Both the position numbers and the translations under genes were made by a program. The notes under the pieces are model-generated. The model made no database searches. It saw only the letters and a list, made by a program, of their open reading frames with translations, and was not told the DNA's origin. 64,000 nucleotides of DNA from Malacoraja senta (lineage: Eukaryota), in NCBI GenBank assembly GCA_038087875.1, contig CM075989.1, positions 13,580,001 to 13,644,000 on the forward strand, read 5' to 3'. Below, piece after piece: positions 14,101 through 26,100 of the stretch (positions are counted from its first letter, which is position 1; the number at the start of each line of letters is the position of its first letter).

Positions 14101-17100
14101 CTGAACTTAGTATCTGTTCTGACCAATTTCCTTTTTAATCTTTTATCAAGTACACATGGCCAGAAGAATAATGGCTGACATTGATTAATGATTTGTTGAT
14201 GGTATTTGGGGACTGTGGACAGCATCTTGGTGATGGGGCATACAAAGGGATGTGAGAGAATATTTAGTGTGGTGTGTGGAAGATGGAGGCCAGCAGAAGA
14301 ACTCCTTCCCACCCACACTCCCATAAATAGCAGACACGTACGGATGTGCGACTATGTGTATGAAATGCATTTATTTAATATGCCATTCTGAAACGTTCAT
14401 GTACTTGTCCCTGACAGGTTTAATAGTTCATTGCTTCTTTTATAGACTTGTTTACTTCCAAGTACAAAAGCAGGAAGAAAAGTTTTGATGTCAGATCCAG
14501 CACATCACGAGGGAGTGATGGTATGTCACTTGCAACAAGGTTACAATAACCTCTGCTGTCTATTTATTGTGTCTGTGTGCTTGCCAGGGGGGTGGATTAT
14601 AAAAGTAGGGAAGTTTAGGTGCAATTTTGCAGAACACTGGTGAGACTGCACCTATAATACTGCATGGTATTGGTTTCTGTATTCAAGGAAGAATATATTT
14701 ACATTGGAGACAATGCACAGACTGATTCTTGGGACGAAGGTGTTGATATTTGAAGAAAGGTTGAAAAGTGTGAGCTTAAATTCATTGGAATGAGAGGTGA
14801 TCTGAAGAAATGTCCCAACCCAAATGTCATCTTTTCATTTCCCTCCACAGATGCTGCCTGTCCTACAGCGTGTTCCTCTAGCACTGTTTTTTGGTGTGGA
14901 TTCTGAGGATATATGGGTATCTTTGGAACCAAGAAGCATAGTTTCATCATAATGGGTTGTCCACTTAAGATAGTGAGGAGGAAATTCTTCTTGGGATTCT
15001 CTCCCTAGAGAGTCATGGAGGCAGTCATTGAATGTCTTCACAGTGAAGGATTGCAGACATATGGGTTGTAATGTGTCAAGAGGTATGGAGGGAGTGTGAG
15101 AAAGTGGTGTTTAAATTAACCATAGAAACATAGAAATTAGGTGCAGGAGTAGGCCATTCGGCCCTTCGAGCCTGCACCGCCATTCAATATGATCATGGCT
15201 GATCATCCAACTCAGTATCCCGTACCTGCCTTCTCTCCATACCCTCTGATCCCTTTAGCCACAAGGGCCACATCTAGCTCCCTCTTAAATATAGCCAATG
15301 AACTGGCCTCGACTACCCTCTGTGGCAGAGAGTTCCAGAGATTCACCACTCTCTGTGTGAAAAAAGTTCTTCTCATCTCGGTTTTAAAGGATTTCCCCCT
15401 TATCCTTAAGCTGTGACCCCTTGTCCTGGACTTCCCCAACATCGGGAGCAATCTTCCTGCATCTAGCCTGTCCAACCCCTTAAGAATTTTGTAAGTTTCT
15501 ATAAGATCCCCTCTCAATCTCCTAAATTCTAGAGAGTATAAACCAAGTCTATCCAGTCTTTCTTCATAAGACAGTCCTGACATCCCAGGAATCAGTCTGG
15601 TGAACCTTCTCTGCACTCCCTCTATGGCAATAATGTCCTTCCTCAGATTTGGAGACCAAAACTGTACGCAATACTCCAGGTGTGGTCTCACCAAGACCCT
15701 GTACAACTGCAGTAGAACCTCCCTGCTCCTATACTCAAATCCTTTTGCTATGAAAGCTAACATACCATTCGCTTTCTTCACTGCCTGCTGCACCTGCATG
15801 CCTACTTTCAATGACTGGTGTACCATGACACCCAGGTCTCGCTGCATCTCCCGTTTTACTAGTCGGCCACCATTTAGAAAATAGTCTGCTTTCCTGTTTT
15901 TGCCACCAAAATGGATAACCTCACATTTATCCACATTATACTGCATCTGCCAAACATTTGCCCACTCACCCAGCCTATCCAAGTCACCTTGCAGTCTCCT
16001 AGCATCCTCCTCACAGCTAACACTGCCCCCCAGCTTAGTGTCATCCGCAAACTTGGAGATATTGCCTTCAATTCCCTCATCCAGGTCATTAATATATATT
16101 GTAAATAGCTGGGGTCCCAGCACTGAGCCTTGCGGTACCCCACTAGTCACTGCCTGCCATTGTGAAAAGGACCCGTTTACTCCTACTCTTTGCTTCCTGT
16201 TTGCCAGCCAGTTCTCTATCCACATCAATACTGAACCCCCAATGCCATGTGCTTTAAGTTTGTATACTAATCTCTTATGTGGGACCTTGTCGAAAGCCTT
16301 CTGGAAGTCCAGATACACCACATCCACTGGTTCTCCCCTATCCACGCTACTAGTTACATCCTCGAAAAATTCTATAAGATTCGTCAGACATGATTTACCT
16401 TTCGTAAATCCATGCTGACTTTGTCCAATGATTTCACCACTTTCCAAATGTGCTGCTATCCCATCTTTAATAACTGACTCTAGCAGTTTCCCCACTACCG
16501 ATGTTAGACTAACTGGTCTGTAATTCCCCGTTTTCTCTCTCCCTCCCTTCTTAAAAAGTGGGGTTACGTTTGCTACCCGCCAATCCTCAGGAACTACTCC
16601 AGAATCTAAAGAATTTTGAAAGATTATTACTAATGCATCCACTATTTCTGGAGCTACTTCCTTAAGTACTCTGGGATGCAGCCTATCTGGCCCTGGGGAT
16701 TTATCGGCCTTTAATCCATTCAATTTACCCAAAACCACTTCCCGACTAACCTGGATTTCACTCAATTCCTCCAACTCCTTTGACCCGCGGTCCCCTGCTA
16801 TTTCCGGCAGATTATTTATGTCTTCCTTAGTGAAGACGGAACCAAAGTAGTTATTCAATTGGTCCGCCATATCCTTGTTCCCCATGATCAACTCACCTGT
16901 TTCTGACTGCAAGGGACCTACATTTGTTTTAACTAATCTCTTTCTGTTTACATATTTATAAAAACTTTTGCAGTCAGTTTTTATGTTCCCTGCCAGTTTT
17001 CTTTCATAATCTATTTTTCCTTTCCTAATTAAGCCCTTTGTCCTCCTCTGCTGGTCTCTGAATTTCTCCCAGTCCTCTGGTATGCTGCTTTTTCTGGCTA

Positions 17101-20100
17101 ATTTGTACGCATCATCTTTCGCTTTGATACCATCCCTGATTTCCCTTGTTATCCACGGATGCACTACCTTCCCTGATTTATTCTTTTGCCAAACTGGGAT
17201 GAACAATTTTTGTAGTTCATCCATGCAGTCTTTAAATGTCTTCCATTGCATGTCCACCGTCAACCCTTTTAAAATTAATTGCCAGTCAATCATGGCCAAT
17301 TCATGTCTCATACCCTCAAAGTTACCTTTCTTTAAGTTCAGAACCATTGTTTCTGAATTAACAATGTCACTCTCCATCCTAATGAAGAACTCAACCATAT
17401 TATGGTCACTCTTGCCCAAGGGGGCACATACAACAAGACTGCTAACTAACCCTTCCTCATTACTCAATACCCAGTCTAAAATAGCCTGCTCTCTCGTTGG
17501 TTCCTCTACATGTTGATTTAGATAACTATCCCGCATACATTCCAAGAAATCCTCTTCCTCAGCACCCCTGCCAATTTGATTCACCCAATCTATATGTAGA
17601 TTGAAGTCACCCATTATAACTGTTTTGCCTTTGTCGCACGCATTTCTAATTTCCTGTTTGATACCATCTCCAACTTCACTACTACTGTTAGGTGGCCTGT
17701 ACACAACACCCACCAGCGTTTTCTGCCCCTTAGTGTTTCGCAGCTCTACCCATACCGATTCCACATCCTCAAACCTAATGTCCTTCCTTTCCATTGCGTT
17801 AATCTCCTCTCTAATCATCAATGCTACCCCACCTCCTTTTCCTTTCTCTCTATCCCTCCTGAATATTGAATATCCCTGGATGTTCAGCTCCCAGCCTTGG
17901 TCACCCTGGAGCCATGTCTCCGTGATCCCAACTATATCATAGTCATTAATAGCTATCTGCACATTCAACTCATCCACCTTATTACGAATGCTCCTTGCAT
18001 TGAGACACAAAGCCTTCAGGCTTGTTTTTACAACACTCTTACCCCTTATACAATTATGTTGAAAAGTGGCCCTTTTTGATTTTTGCCCTGGTTTTGTCTG
18101 TCTTCCACTTTTACTTTTCACCTTGCTACCTATTGCTTCTACCCTCATTTTACACTCCTCTGTCTCTACGCTCACACATTTAAGAAACCCTTTCCCTTTA
18201 ACTCCATCCTCCACTATCCCATTCGACACCCCACCCCCCTTATTCAGTTTAAAACCACCCGTGTAGCAGTGGAAAACCTGCCTGCCAGAATGCTGGTCCC
18301 ACACCTGTTAAGATGCAATCCGTCCCTTTTGTACAGTTCCCCCTTACCCCAAAACAGATCCCAGTGATCTAAGAATCTAAATCCCTGCCCCGTGCACCAG
18401 TTCCTGAGCCACACGTTCAGGTCCCGTATCTCCCTGTTCCTGCTCTCGCCAGCACGAGGAACTGGAAGCAAACCGGAGATAACAACCCTGGAGGTCCTGC
18501 TTTTCAGCATTTCTCCGAGCTCTCTAAAGTCACGCTGCAGAATATTCATCCCCTTCTTTCCGACATCGTTTGTGCCGACATGCACTACCACTTCCGGATG
18601 TTCACCTTCGCCCTCGAGGATTTTCTGCACTCTGTCCGTGACATCCTGGATCCTGGCACCAGGAAGGCAGCACACCATCCTCGCATCCCGTCTGTTGCCA
18701 CAGAAACCCCTGTCCGTACCTCTCACAATCGAGTCTCCCACTACAATGGCGTTGCCTGCCTTAGGCCTTTTTGGTTTTGGCTCAACAGCCCTATTCGCAT
18801 CGCAAGCCAGTCCGCCGCTCAGTGTAAACACGTCTTCTGTCCCAACAGCTTCTAAGTGGGTGAACCTGTTCACAAGAGGTACAACACCCGGGGACGTTGG
18901 CATTCCATGCTTCCCTCCCTTTCTCACCGTCTCCCACCTTCTCTCTTCCAGTACCTTAGGTGTAACAATCGTACTGTAGGACTTGTCGAGGAATGACTCC
19001 GTTTCTCGGACGAACCGGAGGTCATCCACTCGCTTCTCCAATTCCCCAACACGGCCCTTCAGGAGCTCTACCTGGATGCACTTCTCGCATTTGTGGCAGC
19101 CAGAGGCACCAGCGGTGTCCTTGACCTCCCACATACTGCAAGCATCGCACTGAATCAGCTTGCCTGACATCTCCTTCTTTCGTCTCTACCTCTCAAGCGT
19201 ATTGCGTGGCGTCCTCTGCTCGCCGAAGACTCTCGAGCCAAAGACTCACACTTTTCTCACAGGGCCGCTCACTCACTGCCGCTCGCTAAGAGCCGTCTTG
19301 CTTAGTAAATGGTAGCGCAGGTGTGAGAGATTAATTAACTTATTTCTGCTCTTGATTCTTATGAAAGTGTCAGCTAAATGACTAGTTTTGGGCCTTGATG
19401 TATGAAACAGGTTTTAGAAGAAATTGTTTTCTGGTCTTGCTGAAATTACAATCCAAACACTCTGGATTCATTTGCATGTGACATCGCCTGTGATTCCAGT
19501 TAGATTTTTGTTACTAAAGTCATACATTTTGGAGCACTTTTACCAGGCTGTATTCTCTGATTGGAGATTTTAGAAGTAAGTTTGTATTCTTGGGACAAAG
19601 GGTTAGCTATTTAGGATCAGTGAGAAATTGCTTCAGAGAAAGTGTATCCTGGATGCTGTATTCACCACCTTGCTACCTATCCTGCTACCTTCATTTATCA
19701 TATTTCCTTTATTTGCCCTCCCTATTTGGCATTACCTGATCTACATTCCATTTATGTTTCTGCACATTTGGCCAGTTCATTGGTATCTTCCTGCAGTTTA
19801 CCTTTCGTCTTCAATGTCAACTGTACTACCAATATTGGTATCAGAAGCAAACTTCCTAATCATAGATCCTATATTTAGATCTAAATCATTGATGTAATGG
19901 AAAAACAACAGACCCATTGCAGAACTTCAATGCAAAAAGCTATGTTTACAAAAACGTCCCTTGACTTTTACCCTTTGCTTTCTCTCAGATACCCATTATT
20001 AAACTATTTTCCTCTGGATTCTGTGGGTTTCTACTTTTCTATCATGTGAGCTTCTGTAAAAACCCTTACAAACTCTGCGAAGGCCATGACATATTCTACC

Positions 20101-23100
20101 CTTTCTGAATCTCATTGCCTCTCTTAGTCTGAGACTTATTTTTCAAATTCTACCATCAGAGGAACATTCAGATACTCTATGTTGAGCCCCATAAGCATTG
20201 TCTAAGTTTCAGTTATATGCTCTCTTTCTTCTAAACTCCGCAAGACTAGTCGATCTCTCTTCGAATGGCAAACCAGCCATCCCAGAGTCCATTCTCAACA
20301 TGCTCAATCAATCTCCCTATATATCTTGCAGGCTGCAGATGGTCTCTCTAAAGTCCCATATAACTGCAGTGTGGCATTGTAAGCCATAGGAGCAGAATTA
20401 GGCCATTCGGCCCATCGAATCTATACTTATGCTTTTAAATTATGCCATTTGCCTTCCTAATTGCTTGATGATTTTAAACTGCCTCAGAATCTTTACCAAT
20501 AGTTTCACTGCTGCCAATTCCTCATTGAAATCATTAGTTAAAGCGATTTATTTTAGGTGCATACCCGTAGTATACAGAGCTCTCCATAATGTTTGGGACA
20601 AAGACCCATCGTTTATTTATTTGCCTCTGTACTTCACAATTTGAGATTTATAATAGAAAAAAATCACATGTGGTTAAAGTGCACATTGTCAGATTTTAAT
20701 AAAGGCCATTTTTATACATTTTGGTTTCACCATGTAGAAATTACAGCAGTGTTTATACATAGTCCCTCCATTTCAGGGCACCATAATGTTTGGGACATGG
20801 CAATGTCATGTAAATGAAAGTAGTCATGTTTAGTATTTTGTTGCATATCCTTTGCATGCAATGAGTGCTTGAAGTCTGCGATTCATGGACATCACCAGTT
20901 GCTGGGTGTCTTCTCTGGTGATGTTCTACCGGGCCTGTATTGCAGCCATTGAAAAAGTTACTTTTATAACTACTAAACCAGGTTCGCTTCTTAATAAACA
21001 GACACCACACAAACTGTTTGGTAGACCAGTTCAAAACTTTACTTAACATCGGCCGATGGAAGGGAGCGAGAATTCCAGCTAAGTGACCAATGTAGACACT
21101 CGACTGTCCTCGGTCCCCTTCTCTGAACAACAGAATTACATCGCATTATATAGTGTTTCTTTGTCACATTAGCACATTCCACAGACATTAGTCATGGTCA
21201 GAGGTACAGGAAAAGGCATCACATCAAAGGCCTTTTGTTTACATGGTACAAGATATACTGAAAACATTGGCCATTTGTCTTAGGTCATTTTATCTTAAAA
21301 GAGATCACCCTAGCTCTTTCGCTACTTCCTCTCTGTCACTTGGTCCCTCATAAACATAGGCCATTTGGTTTATGGCATCTTATCTTTCCACTTCCCTGGT
21401 TCCTCTCTCATCACCTCCTCCCCCATAAACATTGGCCATTTGTCTTATGGCATCTTACTTCAAAGATGTGACTAGCTGTTTCTTTCTCTGTCACTTCCTC
21501 ACTTGGGAGACAATGTTATGGTATTTATTATCTCAATACCCCAAAACCTGAGGCAACTTAACTTGCCTTTCTGTATTATTCTACTGGAGAAAAGCCTGAT
21601 TTGAGACTAAATATAAGCTGTAAGCTTTTCTTATATTTTTAACATAATTCAGCTTTATCATTCCATCCTTTTATCAAAATCTTGATAATAACTACAGTCC
21701 TTGCCGAGTACATACAAAAGACCATAAGCATCTCATCAGGCAAATTATCTCACTGTCTGTAGTCAGGGTATCTTTGCTGCATTTGTCATGTTTGACTCCA
21801 ATCTTGTTTAAAAGGATGTGTGTACCATCCTTTAAATGTGGGTTAGTCCGCAAGTTTGCCATTCTGAAGAAAGTCCAGTCCATGTGGGCCACCCCAGAAT
21901 AAAAGAGGGTCAATAGCTCCACAAACCGTTCAGTCAATCAAATGTATCCAACGACGATGATCTTCAATCTTCACAGCAGTTTATGTTGTTGATAATGGTT
22001 TTTCCTTTCAACACAATCTCAATTTCTTCTTGTCCCAGCACATGGTCATTTTGTAGCCTTTATGGACTCGTCCCTGTGCTCACAGCTCCTCTAACCTGGG
22101 AATGCAGATCTGGCAAGACCTGGGTTAATTGCTGTCCATACATAATTAGTTAATTGCCCAGGGCCTGTAGTTGGCTTCCCCCCACTCTCCAGGGGGTGGG
22201 CACAGCAGCCTTTCCTGTATCAATAAAAAAGTTGTAAATTCTGTTTCTCTAGCTGCAGTTGAATGACCCCTATCTACTCTGAAGAAGGGCTTCGGCCCAA
22301 AATGATGCCTATTTCCTTCGCTCCTTTGATGCTGCTTCATCCCCTGAGTTTCTCCAGCACTTTTGTCTACCTTTGATTTTCCAGCATCTGCAGTTCCTTC
22401 TTAAACACTTCTCTGTGAACTTATTCTTTAATCCGATTATATCTGAAGAGGCTCTCCCCACCTAAATATTAAATTCTCCAAATATGTTCTCTTCCCCAAT
22501 TTACTTATCTTCTCACCTTTTATCCCTCATTATGAGATCCCTCAAACCCCCTTTTGTAAGCCATAAGACAATTTTACATGTACATTCATTTCCCTTACAC
22601 AGCACATGCTTCAACACCTTTGTTCGTCTGCAGACCGTAATCTTGCTTCATTTGCATTTTAAAGGACAACCTCTGTTATCACATCAAAACAATCTTTCCC
22701 AAAAGAACTCACTCAGAATCGGTAATCAATAATACATTTTCTTTTTCTCTGTAATTTTGACATTTCCAATCTCATTTAACACTTTAATTGGGATGAGTCT
22801 CTTTTTGAACTCGGCTCAAAAGATTTATAACAACCAACACATTTTATCATTTGAGTATAGCTCCACCCCCCATTCATGGCAGTGTCTTAAAGGAACACAC
22901 CATAACCTGCCTGTTCATTTGCATTTTAAAGGACAAACTGTTCTTAAAGGGACTCACACCTTTGCTCATTGCTTCAAATTTCACACATTCCACATAGAAA
23001 AAACATTGTTTTACAAGCAGTACATACACACAAAAAAATTGTTTTACCAGCAGTATATAATATTTCATCTTCAAAGACGTCTCTTTGTAATTTACTTTCC

Positions 23101-26100
23101 CTTTTTCTGACAAGACTTCTGTTTACCAGAATCCTGGTTACCTAACCCTAATTGGACTTTGATCCAGATCATGATTAGTCAGACTCCCCGTGACTTTTCA
23201 GTCTCCCTATCCTATCCTCATTTCTCCACCGAATTTGTCTTCATCCCCAATTTTTCTATAACATAGTTGCTTGTCAGAAAAAGGATTCCCCCGGGGTAAT
23301 TTTGTTTTGCAATGCCCCATAGGCTCTTTCCACCATCCCAGATGCCTGTGGGTGATGTACACAGTGAAATTGCTGTCGGATATAAAAATGTGTACATATT
23401 TCCTTATTAATAGTGGCAATAAAATGGGGACCATTGTCCAAGCTTATGACAGTAGGTAGGCCAAACCTGGGAATAACTTCCCTTAACACCAATGTTACTG
23501 TAGTCTTAGCAGTATCATTAGTGGTTGGTAGAGCTTCAATCCACCTGCTAAATAAATCTAAAATAACTAAGCAATATTTATAACACTGGGCCCTTGGCAT
23601 TTCAATAAAATCAATCTGTATGCATTCAAACGGTCGTGATGGCATTGGTGTCACCCCTGAGGGTATCCTAATTGGTTTGCCTGGATTATTTCGTTGGCAA
23701 ATTTTACATTCAGAGGCCTGCTTCAGTGCCTCTTGCCGGATTTTTAGGTGCCACCACGTTTCCTTTGTCATCCTTATCATTCCCTCCTTACCAGCATGGG
23801 TAAGTGAGTGAATATATGTTAGTAAAACAGGTAAAAATGCATCAGATACACCAACTTGTCCAAGCGGGGTGAGCCGAATCAATGGCACAGCCCTCTTGTT
23901 TCCATAGTTGTTTTGGGTTATCAGAGGCGTCCCTCTGTAATGTACATACTTCCCTCATGTTTGGCAGGACCGTTCTATTTGCTAGCATCTGTTTACCTGC
24001 TGTCACTAAGCATTTGTATGCATAGGCTGCTTGTTTGGCTACACTATCGGCAAATGCATTGCCTTTTGTTATAGGGTCCCCAGCACCAGTGTGTGCAGCA
24101 CATTTAATAATGGTCAGCTGTTCTGGTATCATCAATGCCTTAAGCAAATAATGCACAGAAAGGCATTCCCGTGCTCCCAATCCTGGGGAGCTTTGTAAGG
24201 TCAGAACTTCAAGGTATAGGGATATTACTGACGGAGCTGTCAGAGGTAAGTATGCCATCGCTACTGGTAGGACGTAGGGAGGTGGACATCTCCCAGGATT
24301 ATCTAACTCCTCATCTTCACTACCAAACAGGGTCGTCGTGCCAGACATGAAGTCTCCTCCAGAGGATTTACCAGTACTGAGGTTATTTTTACTAACCATC
24401 ACCTGTTGCTCACCTCCTGCCTGTCTCTTAATTATTTTCTCTTGTTCCTCCGCCCACTGGCATTCTAGTTGCAATACTTTCCATCCTTTCATAGTGCCAT
24501 CCTTATTTCGTAACTCTATCCCTTGTTTACATGCAGTATCCATCCAACTTCGATCTCTACTCTCCTCATGCTTCGTCTCTGCTTCTGCTTTCCACGTTTT
24601 AATTCCCTTCTTCCATTTCTTTCCTGCCTTCCTTTCCCATATCAACATTTCTGCTTTTTTAATTGTCTCGACATTCCATGTGCCCCCTACTGGCCAGGCT
24701 TCATCCCCCAACCGTTTGGTCAACTTGTAACTTAACATTCTAAATTTCTTATTATACTTAGGATTCAAATAACACATATGTTGGACGGGGGTTCCCCCCT
24801 CACTGTTATCCAAAGCATTCCCCATAGCTAGATAGAGAAAAAGAGAGAGAGAGAAAAAAAAAATAAAAGAAAAAGAAAAAGAAAAAGAAAGCAGACCGCT
24901 TGATTCCGAAACGTGCAAAATATATCAACCAGGCCGACTCGCGACTCGAGACCCCAGTTTCTCAATTTGGCTGACTGTTTAACTTTGTAATATACAACGC
25001 CACTTATTTCTCAATCCGACAACTCCCCGGATGTTTCAATAAGCCAGACGCACACCTCACCTCCCGTATCTCAACCCGACAAAACACGGATGTCTCAACG
25101 AGGCCGATAAGCCCTTAGTAGAGAGAAAAGAAAAAAACAAAGAGAGATAGACAGAGAGAGAGAAAGAGAAACCACTCACGTCCTTCTTAACAAGATACAC
25201 AAGCCCTTCTTAAAAATACAAGCACAAGTCTGTCTTAAAAATACATACACAATCCCCACTAAAAAAACCCTATAAAGCCCAACTGGTCTTACCTTAGTCT
25301 GTTGCTAAGAACCTCGGCAGGGAACCTGGATCAACCTCTGATGAAGGATCACAGACGTTCCCGGGAGTTTCTAGGGAGTCGGTCTTACAAGGGGGCCGAT
25401 AGAGCTCAGTTATCTCCCTTCCAATCCCGGCAACCTCTGCAACCTCTTGCACAGTCAGCCGTTGATGTGGTCCCAGCGAGGCCTGCATAACTACGCCAAT
25501 GAAAAAGTTACTTTTATAACTACTAAACCAGGTTCGCTTCTCAATAAACAGACACCACACAAACTGTTTGGTAGACCAGTTCAAAACTTTACTTAACATC
25601 GGCCGATGGAAGGGAGCGAGAATTCCAGCTAAGTGACCAATGTAGACACTCGACTGTCCTCGGTCCCCTTCTCTGAACAACAGAATTACATCGCATTATA
25701 TAGTGTTTCTTTGTCACATTAGCACATTCCACAGACATTAGTCATGGTCAGAGGTACAGGAAAAGGCATCACATCAAAGGCCTTTTGTTTACATGGTACA
25801 AGATATACTGAAAACATTGGCCATTTGTCTTAGGTCATTTTATCTTAAAAGAGATCACCCTAGCTCTTTCGCTACTTCCTCTCTGTCACTTGGTCCCTCA
25901 TAAACATAGGCCATTTGGTTTATGGCATCTTATCTTTCCACTTCCCTGGTTCCTCTCTCATCACCTCCTCCCCCATAAACATTGGCCATTTGTCTTATGG
26001 CATCTTACTTCAAAGATGTGACTAGCTGTTTCTTTCTCTGTCACTTCCTCACTTGGGAGACAATGTTATGGTATTTATTATCTCAATACCCCAAAACCTG

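Larger units (their letters stand above)
15121..19300 (-). mobile_element. Full-length CR1-clade LINE with both ORFs intact
   Basis: 5'UTR of about 130 nt, ORF1, ORF2, short 3'UTR ending in (TTTCTATG)n; inserted into the 3' end of an older + strand CR1 relic that resumes near 19301. Confidence 0.95.

Noticed and set aside
15600..18979. Several 90-195 aa + strand ORFs
   Set aside because: Antisense shadows of the CR1 ORFs; no independent motifs.
20753..25680. Two ORFs starting [11 protein letters not shown] (20753..21130, 25294..25680) that look like duplicated genes
   Set aside because: They arise from the two LTR copies; non-ATG starts and no protein motif.
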